NCBI GenBank assembly: GCA_030324005.1
Contig: JARDVH010000059.1
Coordinates: 64,645,828-64,709,827, forward strand
DNA length: 64,000 nucleotides
Direction of reading: 5' to 3'
From: Negaprion brevirostris
Taxonomy: Eukaryota
Position 1 is the first letter of the stretch. Each line of letters opens with the position of its first letter. This document shows, piece by piece, positions 1-12,199 of this stretch. Below the pieces are notes generated by a model, which saw only the letters and a program-made list of their open reading frames with translations, ran no database searches and was not told the origin of the DNA. The position numbers were made by a program, and so were the translations under genes.

Positions 1-70
1 AGTGGGTTTATGAAGGGGGCTGAGACTGAGTGGGTTTATGAAGGGGGGGTGAGACTGAGTGTGTGGGTTG
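1..70. repeat. Short tandem repeat, ~28-29 bp unit (GAGTGGGTTTATGAAGGGGGnTGAGACT)
   Basis: Two near-identical units directly visible at the window start. Confidence 0.7.
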
Positions 71-829
71 GGCTTAGTGTGAATCTACCTTATGCCCAGT
101 CTCAGTTTTCTCACTCACTCTCACCACCACGCACTAACACACACTCACACCTTCCACCCGTACAATGACTCTTCAACGTTCAGATAATTTTTATTGTTCA
201 TACTTTTTTAATGCAACAGTTCATTGCTATGACTTTGCTTCACAGTTGTCCATCAACTATTTATTTCCTTAAAACCTCAAGTTTTTCTGATATTCAGTTC
301 TTTGTTGTACCAAACATTATCCTTCCAAAATGTGCTCATTGACCCTTCAAGTGAGAGAACTATGCAAATATGGTCCAGCGAGTGAAAAGGCTGGACAAGC
401 CTGGACCAGAAAGTGCAAAAATGGTCAAGTGCCAGTGATAAAGGCTCTATATTTGAATTTATGCAACATCCGTAACAAAATGCTTGCATTGTTAGCACAG
501 ATAGGAATCAGTAGGTATGACCAATGGCAATTACAGAGACATGGATGTGAATAATACACTCCCAGATTTGGTGCGTTCCCCATGGTGCCAAGCGTAATAT
601 CGTGATGCCAGGCAGCTTGTTTGCAACAATACCTCATGTGTTCAGGGATAAAAGTTAGAAACCTGCTCACGTTGTTCAAATTTCAATTTAGAAAGTAATT
701 AAGGTCATTAAGGATTCAATTGAGAGCAATAATATGCTTTGAAGGCAATAATACGCCTTCAGGGTGAGAATCATGCCGTGTGGGGAATTCATGTTGTAAA
801 GGTCCAGCTTGTTTGGGGAGTTTAAAAAC

Positions 830-1490
830 TTCAGCTGAGAAAGGAGTTAACACATTAGTGACTGCAGGGAGCATTCATTCCAATGAACAGACTATCCATT
901 TTCTGATCATTTGAGCTAGAAGCCTTTCCTCTGATGTGGAGGGCTCTTCTGAGTACCAGATTTACTCCTGGCCATTCCCAGCATTATAAAGTCTCTGAGA
1001 CAAATGGACATTGTGGCTCTGTTGGAGACCTCTGATTGGTACAGTGGTGTTGCTTCTTGCACCAGTTAGTTGCTGTACGATCCTCAGCAGCAGCTAGGCG
1101 TTGTTCTTTGTGCTTCCCGGCATTTTTACTCTATTCATCTGTGTTTGTCTTTCCAGCAGTTCTTCACTTTGTCAAGTCTTCAGTACCTTTCATTGTTTTC
1201 TCCTCTTTGTTCCATGTTATTTTCCTGGTCCCTCTTGTCCTTTGTCAATTTTCCTTCACCAATCAATTTCCACATTGAGAAGAATCTATTATTCTTTGTT
1301 GATTTCTCTCTTCCATCTCATGTTAACTTCAGCACACTCCTTAATTCCACTTTTGAAGATTTTCTGCTGTTCCTTGATGTTCCCCAACAGCATATTTTGC
1401 AGTGGGCAGGCAGAAACTGTCCCCCATGAGCTTGTCTTTCAGTTTTCCCATTACAAAAGGTTGTTGGAACTTTATGGTCACTGCCTCCTA
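830..1490 (-). mobile_element. Decayed RTE-clade LINE fragment (linker between endonuclease and RT)
   Basis: Purine-rich minus strand with decayed RTE-linker-like peptides; abuts an RTE endonuclease fragment. Confidence 0.45.
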
Positions 1491-1499
1491 CAGCTTCTA

Positions 1500-2790
1500 T
1501 TCTATAGATCTACTAAAGGGACTCCTCAGGCTGATTGGAAAATGAAGAGGGTGGGGTGTGCGACTAGTACACTCAACCCATAAAAACTCATCACTGCTGC
1601 AGAACAAGCAAGTTGCCATTCTGACCAACTCTGACAAAGAGAGGACGGCATATTCAGGGAGGTCTGTATAATGGAACTGGATGGAAATAGAGGTGGCACG
1701 GTTGCACAGTAGTTAGCACTGCCAGAGTCCCGGGTTCAATTCTGGCCTCTGTCTTAGTGGAGTCTGCACATTCTCCCCGTTTCTGCATGGGTTTCCTCTG
1801 GGTGCTCCAGTTTCGTCCCGCAGTCTGAAAGATGTTCTGGTTAGGTGCATTGGCCGTGCTAAATTCCCTCTCAGTGCACCCGAAAATGCACGAGCCTGTG
1901 GCAACTAGGGGATTTTCACAGTAATTTTATTGCAGTGTTAATGTAAGCCTACTTTTGACAATAATAGATAAACTTTAAAACTTTAAAAAACTGGTACTTG
2001 ACAAGCCCAGTCTTCACCACCAAAAACATCACCAACAATGGCACTTAGAACATCTGAACATTCTTTCATTTTGGAAGATGTCACAGGTGCTACAAGACAT
2101 GTAGACCTATTGACCTGACATATTAGGGATCAGTGAGATAGGGTGGACAGGCCAAGGATGAACCAGTGTTGAAGGCATGATGAACCTGTACTTTGGGCAA
2201 GAAGAGTATCAAATCCATGGAGTTGGCCTCATACTCAACAGCAGAAGTGTTAGTTGGGTGGAAGTCAATAAATCATTGTTTCATCATTATCATAAAAGTT
2301 TACACACCAACAGAAGCAAACACAGAGGAGGAGAAAGATGTTGTACCACCAGTTGTAGGCCATACTGGATGAGGTACCCAGCTAGGTGTCAGTATCAAGC
2401 TATGGATTGTTGACCTCAATGCTAATCTTGATGGCAGCCAGGGAGGAGCGAACAATGCAATTGGGTGACATCAGTCAGTAGGCATGCGCAACAGCATTGC
2501 TGAGTGTCTAGTGGCCTTGGGGTCAGCATTGGAAATATCTTCTTCAAACACAGGACACCCACAAAAAGGCATGATGGTCTCCACCCTGAATGAAATTTAC
2601 TATATTTGTATCAGTAAGAGATGGAGGACATCCCTACAAGATGTCCAGATATGTTGCGGTGTTGAGGTGGATTCTGACCACTGCCTCGTGTTAGGCAAGA
2701 TCCACCTGAAGCTGAAAAAGGCAATGGTCACAAAGACAAAGCCGCCATTCCGAGTGCTACACAAAGTAAAGAAACATAAGACTATTTAAC
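1500..2790 (+). mobile_element. Decayed RTE-clade LINE, 5' region and AP endonuclease, interrupted by a SINE
   Basis: ORF peptides HGVGLIL and NEIYYICISKRWRTSLQDVQICCGVEVDSDHCLVLGKIHLKLKK match the RTE endonuclease C-terminal ID..SDH motif. Confidence 0.8.
1692..1988 (+). mobile_element. tRNA-derived V-SINE with non-CR1 tail
   Basis: A/B-box head (GGCACGGTTGCACAGT..GGGTTCAATTC), V-domain GGGTTTCCTCTGGGTGCTCCAGTTTC, tail ACTAGGGGATTTTCACAGTAA...TGTAAGCCTACTT. Confidence 0.9.
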
Positions 2791-2799
2791 TCCACCACT

Positions 2800-3250
2800 T
2801 AGAAAAATGTACAGTTTCCATCCTCTCCCATCACATTGTGCAATTGAGCCTTAAGGGACTCCAAGATCTTTAGTGCAGCATCCTGCATGGAGGTCCATTC
2901 CGAGTGTTACTCTTTGTGCAATATACACCCTGACATCACTTCTGGGGTGAAAACACAGTTGTGTGCATGTTTAGTAGAGAAGAGTGAAGCCCAGTAGTGC
3001 TTGATGCAATCCAACCAGATCAGGCGATGGATAACCAAGTCTGCATTACTGGAGTGCAATCTGGAGCACATCCATGGCACCATAAGGAAAATTGCTGCAA
3101 ACTGGAATAATAAGTGTAGGACTGCAGTGGGTTTTAATGAATTCAATAGTTATGAACTTCTTCATGAAGAGGCATTTCTTCATGGTGTATTGTCTTCCTC
3201 GTGCCAAAGTAAAGAACATCACTGAACAGGGAAAGGCATTATGAAGGAGA
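2800..3250 (-). mobile_element. Decayed RTE-like LINE 3' (post-RT) fragment
   Basis: Weak resemblance of minus-strand peptides to PVLLYG..W and W.D...KDL motifs. Confidence 0.35.
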
Positions 3251-3304
3251 AGGGGAACAGCCAACAGTTATGTATTACTCCAGAGGCATGTGTTAATGAA
3301 TCTT

Positions 3305-3425
3305 GACTCGCCTGATGAAGAAGCAGTTCATGATACAAAATAAACCTGTTGGACTTTAATCTGGTGTTGTGAGACTTCTTACTGTGCCCACTCCAGTCCA
3401 ACATTGACATCTCCAGATAATGAAT
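3305..3425 (+). mobile_element. Penelope-like terminal repeat with deleted hammerhead
   Basis: CCTGATGAAG followed by AAATAAACCTGTTGGACTTTAATCTGGTGTTGTGAGACTTC; homologous to 24300-24430, but the GAAA box is deleted. Confidence 0.7.
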
Positions 3426-4279
3426 ATTGGAACAGTAAGATCACTTGATTAATGTGTGGCTAGGGAAATTGTGCAGGATAGAGTTTTTTAGATTTCTGGA
3501 GTGCTGGGAGCAGCACTGGGCTTGACGGGACTTGTATAAGCATGTAATAGAGCTAGGACCAATATCCTCACAAGGGGATTAATTGGTCACTTAGGGAGGG
3601 TTGTAATTAATTCAGATAGAGGAAGTGCACAGGAACGAAGCATTAGAAAGGGAATGCAATGTGGGCAGAGGACTTGGAGAAATAAACAGTATTAGTTCAT
3701 AAGTATGAGCAATCAATCCAGGAGAAATGTGGAGTAAACTAAGATGGATTTTGCAAGTGCAAGAGGAATGGGACTAATTGAATACCTCTGTCAAAGAGAC
3801 AAATCAGGCATAATGGGTTGAATGGCCTCCTTGTGCACTTCATCATTCGGTAATTTTATGAAGCTATTTGAAGATGTCAGTGTGTTGTTTGATCTGAGTT
3901 GCAATTTGAATGTGTTCTCCGGTGGAATATTTGCATAATAAGCAATAATGGTTGGTGACTTTGCATTGGCCAACTGTGAATATGGGATCAGTTGCATCTT
4001 TGGATCTCATGCATCTTTGAGCAACCTAAATTCTTTGATGGATTGATCCTACTTTGATAGTTTCTTTAACATGTCATCTTCTTCTGCCCCTGTTCTCTGA
4101 TGCTGGAGATCTTGTATACCCAGTGACTCTACCCAACTCCTGCCAAATAAACTACATCGTGGTGATGGTAACGGGTAGTACAAGCTAGACCAATCTTGCT
4201 CACACCTACCAAGCCCATCAGCACTTCAACTTCACTTGCCATCATTCAGGTTTTAAAATTATTCTTAATAAAATTCATT

Positions 4280-4555
4280 TTCAGGGTGCAGAGATTGCTG
4301 GCAAGGTTGGTGCTTGTTGCAAATCTGTGTGGTTCTGAAAAGGTGGTAGATCTGCTGCACATAATGATTTGCTATAACTTAGGGGTTTGTTTGCCCACTT
4401 TGGAGGTTAATTAGAAGGCAGGACTGGAATTTTACATCACTTAGAACAAGTGCCAGCAACAAGTTTCCTTCCTTAAAGGGCATTATTGAACTAGTCGGGA
4501 TGTTACGACAATCCAATGGTTTTCTTGTCACTTTTACAGATAGCAGCTTTTTTAA
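4280..4555 (-). mobile_element. Shark tRNA-derived SINE remnant (family with TGAA-type tail)
   Basis: Resembles the copies at 51290-52005 and 53465-53808. Confidence 0.45.
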
Positions 4556-7262
4556 ATGTCCTTTGTTTTTCTGCTTGTCCACTGACATCATTCATTGCGT
4601 CTACATCTATTTTGCCGCTACTCTTTTCACCTCCTATCACTCCTGGAAAGATTGGAGCATACTTTTAAAATATCTATACCCTGTTAAATGTTGCTGACCT
4701 GCATAATCTTCTACCCTCCTACTCTTGGTTAGCTCTGAGCTTTGGACCCAACGTGAACTGAGAGCTGACTACTGATCTGCAGAGATTCACATGCAAAGCT
4801 CTGTGATACTGAAAACAGTCTTGCCAGCTATTGTTACCTAATTCAGCATTATTGCCTTCACTCAGCCACCTGCAACTGAAGTACAGAGCTGCATACTGAA
4901 AAACATGTATTTGTTTTTTTGTGTAAGCCATACAATGGGTTCTAGATTTTATTCATAGAAAAATGATCACAGCATGGAATAGAATCAAAGAGCTGATCTT
5001 CTCGCTGGTAGCACTGCTGTCTCCTTTGTTTCAGCCAGATTTGCTGTTTCCCAGCTGCTTTTGCAAATGCTGGTCTTGCCAGGTGGTTTTCAAAGCAAGA
5101 CAATAGGCTCATTGTACAGGCTGTAAGCTACTAATGAAAATAACGAATATGATATACAAAGAAAATCACACAACTATCATAGTTGGCAAATATTGTGATA
5201 TTTCCTATTGCAACTATAGCTTGTTTACAGTTTATATCAATCTTCTACATTGAAGTTAGGAATATGGCTTTATTGTATGCCTTCCCAAGATTACTGTGAC
5301 AAGAATTGGAATAACATTGCATTGTTGAGTTTTTGAATGTCTTGCAAGTGATAGACTTTGTGCATATGTGCCTCAGAGCATCTTGAGAGAACAATCTCAT
5401 TTAGTGTAATAATATTTTTGCTCACTGACTCTGCCATTGGCTCATGATGTGTCATGTTAAATGCAGTGATATTGGTGAAGTAGCCAAGTTCTCAGGATTT
5501 TGTTATCACAATGAATTTTGGCCTGGTCAATATTTCAACAGGAATGAAAACTGGGAGCCAATTGGTAAGTTATCTCTTTGGTGTTGCACCATTTGTCCAC
5601 ATATGTAATAATAACGACATGAAAATTTGGCTGACATCTCCCTTTCAAGATCCAAAAACTTTGTATCGAGCCTGATAAACACATGCTGTACCGTCTCCTG
5701 AAATAGTAGTTTAATGCCTTTGATTCCTATCTGTGCATTTCACTACAGATTACATAATCCATGTGTGTGCATCTTTTACAGAAGGATATGGGTATCAATG
5801 TGATCTACAGAGATGCAGATGTCCTAAGATGATATACATTCACAGTAATTCTTTCTTGCCTGGAATGCCAACAAAAATACTTCATTGGGATTTCATCAAT
5901 CAATTGGCATGTTGTACATTAAAAACAACATGCTAAATTGAATCAAGTTACACATTTTAAAAAACTAAAAGAAAACTTCCTGTTGAGGCATTTTGTAGCC
6001 TATTCTGTACAGCAATCCTAAAAGTGCTTCTTCAAAAGATGCTAACATTACAGCTGCCAATGGCAAATCTTAAGAGATTTTCTTTAAAAATGTTTTTTTT
6101 CAGAAGAAGACACAATACAGTTACAGTGTACAGTTACAAAAAAGTCAGGATTTAAATAACTGGGTATGTAGTGCTCACCAAAAGTCAGAGTTTGATTCAC
6201 TTTAGTTCTCATTTGGACTTGGATAGAGGGGAAATAATCTCAAAGTTTGCTGACAAAAGTATTCCTACATTGGTGTCAATGAGGAGGACTGCAAAAATGA
6301 GGAACTAATGCCAAATTGCTGAAGAGTGCTCACAATCTTGTCAACTCACTGTTTTCTGAGTTTGGAGATGAGTATCTATATTTTACTCAATTGCATAGTT
6401 TACAATGGAACAATGCTAATCTGATTTTGAAATAATGACAACCAGCCATAAACATATTGGTCCGCCCAAACTACTATGCCTTGATACATATTTGAGGTCT
6501 CCATTCTCATGGTAGGTGTAGAGTTATCAACATGATCAATGGCAAAAAGCCAAAATTAGTAATGCAAGTAAGAAATATTAGATTATGTAGTAGTTGCGCA
6601 TAGTACAATAAAAGGAAAAGGATTAAGAACATAAAGTTCACATCTGTATATTCTCTTAAAAAGCAACATTTCAATTGTTGCCTTAAAGAATGATCCAGCA
6701 AGATTTCACATTTTGAAACTTTTACTGTAACAAAAGACTACAAAAACCTATTGGCTAAGCATCATTTTCTTTTTGTAGCAACTTATACTTTAAATTACAG
6801 ACCAGAGATTCCACATTTAACTTGTAGCATGACAGAAAATCTCCTGCTATAGTTCTAGATTATGCTGTCCCTTAAGTGGATACTTCACCCTCCAGGATCC
6901 ACTCTACAATTATTCTCAGCTCCTGCCAGATAACTTCTGATTCTAGATTGGCTTTCACTATGAGGATTACACTGGAAATTCCATCCCTCTAGCCCAAGCT
7001 AGGCAAATCTCCAAACCTCTTCAATTTGAGCACAAGCTGCCAACTACATTTTGCATGGTGAACAATCCAGTCAGTACTTTGTCAACTTCAGACGCAAGAC
7101 TGATTGCCTTGTTCAACTGCTCTCTGCCTTTTAGGTCAATGCAGATCACTCCAAACCAACATTTTCTGTTCTGTGATATTCATTAATTTATAGGGAAGCC
7201 TATAACCTGATTCCTAAAATTGCTTCCTCTGCTGTCTCCCCAGTAGCAACACAAAACACATT

Positions 7263-7430
7263 TGCTGGAATTTTCTGGCTGTTCATGCCAGCGGGACCTT
7301 TTGGTCTTGTTAATGGTGCATCCCGGCTATGGGTTCCCCAGTGTTGATGGGTGCATTCAGGAGGAAACCCCATTGACAGTGGTGAGACCAGAAGATCCTG
7401 TCACTGTTCAGATGGATATAAAAGATCCCA
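7263..7430 (+). mobile_element. Harbinger-type MITE fragment
   Basis: GCTGGAATTTTCTGGC start and CCCATTGACAG..ACCAGAAGATCC core shared with 43791-43987 and 58991-59388. Confidence 0.65.
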
Positions 7431-7744
7431 TAACACCATTTGGAGAAGGGAAGTTATCCCCAGTATCCTAGCCAGTACCTGTCTCTCAATCAACATCATA
7501 AAAAAAAATTACCTGGATCTGTAAATGTTGACAGAACATCAATATTAGTCTTTGATGCTGACACAACTGGAGCAGTAAAATTTATTCACTGATAATTCAA
7601 TGACTGCTGCCATTGCGTCCAAGGGTAAATATCTTGCACTTTCTCCTCAGGAAAATGTTCTAAGCCTTCCTCTGACCTCCAGCCATGCCTACTGACAGGC
7701 AGATTTCAGAACTCTATCACATAACCACCTTCATTCACTCTACA

Positions 7745-7960
7745 TTTGAATCAGGTCAATCTGCTTGGTTTAAATTTGAACACAGCCGGGCAGTGTTCCA
7801 AGTTGGGTTCTCCTTGGCAATGCCTCCACCAATCAGAGTCCACTTTCCAAACATCAACACACTCTTCTCATGGATTATGAATTGTTGTTCCCCAATAGTG
7901 TTGGAAATTTCTTGTGAGCTATCCTGATGAGTGCAAGGTGGTAGCATGTCTCCTTTTTCC
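7745..7960 (+). mobile_element. Penelope-like 3' terminal region (sister of 38600-38880)
   Basis: Shared CCTCCACCAATCAGAGTCCACTT, TTGTTGTTCCC and CCTGATGAGTGCAAG blocks. Confidence 0.75.
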
Positions 7961-7984
7961 AACAGAACTTTTGAAAAACTGTAA

Positions 7985-8260
7985 AAGAACTTGCATTTAT
8001 TTAAACATCTTTAATGCCCTTAGGATTCCCCAAACTTCTTCATAGGCAATTAAGTTCCTTTTATGTATAGTAACTGCTGTACCGTCGAGAAACCCAGCAG
8101 CCAACTTACACATAGTAATGTTCCAAAATCAGGAATAAGATAATGATCAGGTAAGTTGTTTAATTGACTTTGGTGAATGGTGAATTTTGGCTTGGAGAAT
8201 ACAGTGTTGCTTTCTGAATAGTGTCATGGGATCTTTTACATACATATAAGGGAACAACCA
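7985..8260 (-). mobile_element. DeuSINE (SacSINE1-like) copy
   Basis: Reverse of tail AAATGCAAGTTCTTT and Deu-domain-like core; similar to four other copies in the window. Confidence 0.65.
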
Positions 8261-9724
8261 CTGGTCAAGGAAGATGTACCTGACGGGTGGAATGGGGCTC
8301 TCATGAAGGTCAGCAGGACAGTGCAAAGGGTACCCAGAGAACTTGGACATGACCTTGATTAGTGGATGGATGTCTGACCCCAGAAAGATCAATTGGTTGT
8401 ACATAGCACAAAGGGCAGTGAAACCTTGGTGAGCATTAGTTATTTTTCAATGTTGTTTGCATTAAATGTCTGCACATTTTAAAGTCTTCATTGCACATCT
8501 GTACATACGGCGTGCTCAGAGCTCTAGTGGTTAAGATATTTGTTCACTGCTTGAGGATCGTGCAGACAAAAAGTGATCTGCTGATTTCTATCTNNNNNNN
8601 NNNNNNNNNNNNNNNNNNNNNNNNNNNNNNNNNNNNNNNNNNNNNNNNNNNNNNNNNNNNGTCTCGTGAACGGAATCAAATCAGCCTGCATGCTCTATGA
8701 AGCTGGAGTGCGCTTCAGTTACTAAATATAGTGTTCTGCATGCAATTTCCTTTTTTGGAATCTTATATCAATTGAATTTGAGGAAACATTAATTTACTCT
8801 TGAATTGTTTCAAAATGAGTCAATCGCAGCTCGAGTATAAAGGAAAAGATCAGAAACATCATTTGCAATCAGATTGTTTAAGTAGTCTAAAAGGCAAGTG
8901 TAGAACTGACTACAGTTCAAGAAATGCTGAGTGGATGATTCAGATTCCATGATATATTCAAAATTGTAATATTAGATTGGTGACCGGAGATCATTTCACT
9001 TCTTAATCATTGGAATAATGACAGGGCCTCATTACTGGAACCTTCATTATTTTTACTTTTTTTTAACCATAATGTTACACTTCCACTTGCTACAGATTCT
9101 AAAGGTCCAGGTACAGTTGTCTCAAATCCAGCTACATCTGAAAACCTCACATTTTTAAGCTGCTAGGCATAAATTTTTATCAGCAGATGAATAAAATAAC
9201 TCAATGCCTTATTGGGCCAGGTGCTGAGATAACCAGTTATCTTAGCTTTATACGCCTGTCCTTTCCTGTGCCCCAAATGGCCTGAGTGACCTTTGACCCA
9301 ACCTGATCCAAACTGCTCAACCCAAACCACCTGTCATGGAAACCAACAAGATCCAATATCTGGCACCGACCTGTTCCAAAGGTTGCCTGTTTTGAGACAC
9401 TGTGTACCTGTACTCGATGGAGGAAGTCTTGCGGCACAGCGGGTGGCATCCCAGCCTCGGAGTCAGAAACTCCACAAGTTTGAGTCCCGCTCTCAGATTT
9501 GATGGTCAGAGAAGGTGCATTCATAATATGGCCAAACATGTTAATTATTAATATCATAAAGGCAAAATATTGGAGATCTGAAATAAAAACAATGTGCTGG
9601 AAGAAATGTTTCAAGTCGAATATGACTCTGAATATAAATCTTCTTGCCTGAGCCAGCACTTAAAGAAAATTCTGCCCAACCTGTATAAAATTCAGAAGTT
9701 GCATAGTACCATAAGACTTAAGAC

Positions 9725-9875
9725 CATAAGAGGCAGAAGCAGAAGTAGGCCATTCGGCCTATTGAGTCTGCTCTGCTATTCAATGAGATCCTGACTGATC
9801 TGATATGATGATCCTCAACTTCACTTTCCTGCTTTATCCCCATAATTCTTACTGATTAAATATCTGTCAATCTTA
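9725..9875 (-). mobile_element. CR1 LINE 3' end fragment
   Basis: CATAAG..AGCAGAAGTAGGCCATTCGGCC typical of the reverse CR1 tail. Confidence 0.7.
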
Positions 9876-12199
9876 GATATGATGCAAGAATGTGGGTAAC
9901 AGTAAAGGAATGACATTACATGATCAACTTCAACATTAATTTCCCACTTCCTGTAAAGGACTACCAACATTAGTTGCCCATTTCACCATCAGAACCATTT
10001 GTGCTGGCAGGAGTTACAGTAAAAAGTGATATATTCACCAAAACTTGAATACAGCCTAATGCTTTATCAGCTGGGTTATATGTGTGCTTGAGAAATGGAA
10101 CAAAAAAAGGAGGAAATTGGGTTAAACATCCAATAACAAGTGGCCCGAGGCTCGCACCACATTGGACCTTGAGATGTTTTCGTATCAGTGGGACAGACAC
10201 CTGGCAGGCGATTCAGTAAGACGTGACAGTTTGGTTTGAAGGTATATTGTGGGTGATCAGAGGAGCAGGGGGCACCATACCATACCATTCCATCCACCAC
10301 CATCTCCCCACCCCATTCCCAGTAAAGCAAAGCAAACAAATGATTTTACTTCACATGAAGAGGAAATAAATTCTTATGTAAGAACAACAGCATCCCTTTC
10401 ACATTTTCAGCATTGAACCTTTTAAAGTAGCTATTCTAATGACGTGCTAACTAAATTAAAATGATCTTGATGCATGTCAGATCATAGCGCAGGCTGCATA
10501 ATACTGAAACTGCTTTGCATTTTGATATTGAAATCCCAGAATGTGGGAGCAGTAAAATTCCTTCAAGTTAAATTTAAATCTGGAAGCTTCAGTCTAACTT
10601 CAGTCCAAACATAAAATTATTGTCACTCTTCCAAGTTCAAAATTATGTAAATGTTGGCTGCAGGAGGGTTACATATGTGTAATGTAATTTTTCTCCACTG
10701 AGAGCAGTAATTTTTAAATTATTTTGTATTCACCACCCCTAAAGTAAGTATGTCATTGTATATCCAGTGGAGATTTGAATAATAAGTGAAATTAATACCC
10801 CGTGCTACAACAGTGTTGGCATTGGCTGTGGCTTGAAACATTCCAAATCTGTTGAGGGAATAAATCAGATTGTGAATCCATAGCATTAATAAAATGCTAT
10901 GAAATTGTGCTCAGAACTTAAACTGAGGAACCAAATTCAACATGAATGACACATGCCTGTCATGAAGGCTCTGCTGTGCGTTGCCAGCATAATGGGATTA
11001 AGCGCACCAGACTTCAGCACTGTTGAGTAGAGTGTGTTAAACTCAGGGGAATAGCTTGCCAACTAAGACTGGAGTGCAAACAACCTTTTATATTGCACCA
11101 TATTTCAAGAAGTGGTTCTGCAATACTGTCGGCTCTGGGTATTGTGGAATTTGGCACAGGAATGTTACAAGGTGGATTGAGTATAATTGAAGCCAGATAT
11201 AAACACTGATTTGAAAGTCACCGATTATAGGACCAACCTTCCACAATAAGTGGAAAAGGCCATCAAAGGAACACCTCATCTGTGGTCTTTGTGAATAGCC
11301 AAGAGCAAGGTTCCCCATGTAAATGGTAACAATGGCAGCCTCGCCATTGCGTTCACACTTGCTGTCACGGTCTTTGCTGCCTCTTAAAGTTTTGGCATTG
11401 TTGAATTCTTGAAATAGTTCTTGCCACCTGGTGAAAGTCTTTCACTGATTGGTAGCAATCCAACCTGTGAGTTCAAGCTGTTGTGTTCAAATTCTGATCC
11501 AAGCAATCTTCACAAATGGAGAACAAAGATCTGGCTCTCAGTTCTGGGTTAACACCCAATGAGATACCTGCATCGGATTTATGTGGGTGGCCTCCCCCTC
11601 ATTATATAAGTTGCAGGAGACACAAAATCCTCCCAGCATTTAGAGCTAATTAGCCTACTAGCTGGTATAAAGACGGTTCAAGTCATGGAAGCAGCATTGT
11701 AGCACAGACTGTTAATCAGCTTGCGAATTCTTTCACTACTTTCACACAATTCTCAAAGCGTAGAGTGTTGAAATACAAAAGATATCAATCCAGGAGTGAA
11801 AAATTAACATCAAAATCCAGATCAAAATATCCAATTTGGCAACATGTCCACGCCCGGGAGGAGGGAAGAGAAGAAATTTGATGAGGAAAAGGAGAGAGGA
11901 TGGAGTGTTGAGATAAACAATGTAGCAGAAATTTAGAATTATGAGGGGAAAAGATACTTGGGGTAACTTGGATGGGCCCCAAAAACAGGCAGGGTAGCGC
12001 AATATGTGATTAGCTCACACCCATTGATTGAAATGAAAGCAATATGCCAACTTAATGCTACCTGCTCAATCATTGCATTGTTATTGGCTGCACACATTAG
12101 CAGAGGGCCAATAGCGTAACTTTGTAACCACATAAAGCTAGCCTGCATTGTTTAAAAGGGAGGTGCATTGCGGCTGATGCATGTTCTGTNNNNNNNNNN

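Noticed and set aside
1036-1583. Three overlapping hydrophobic plus-strand ORFs
   Set aside because: Explained as the antisense of a purine-rich LINE coding strand
1692-1760. tRNA-like A/B boxes here and at other SINE heads
   Set aside because: They continue into SINE V-domains and tails and do not form complete cloverleaves
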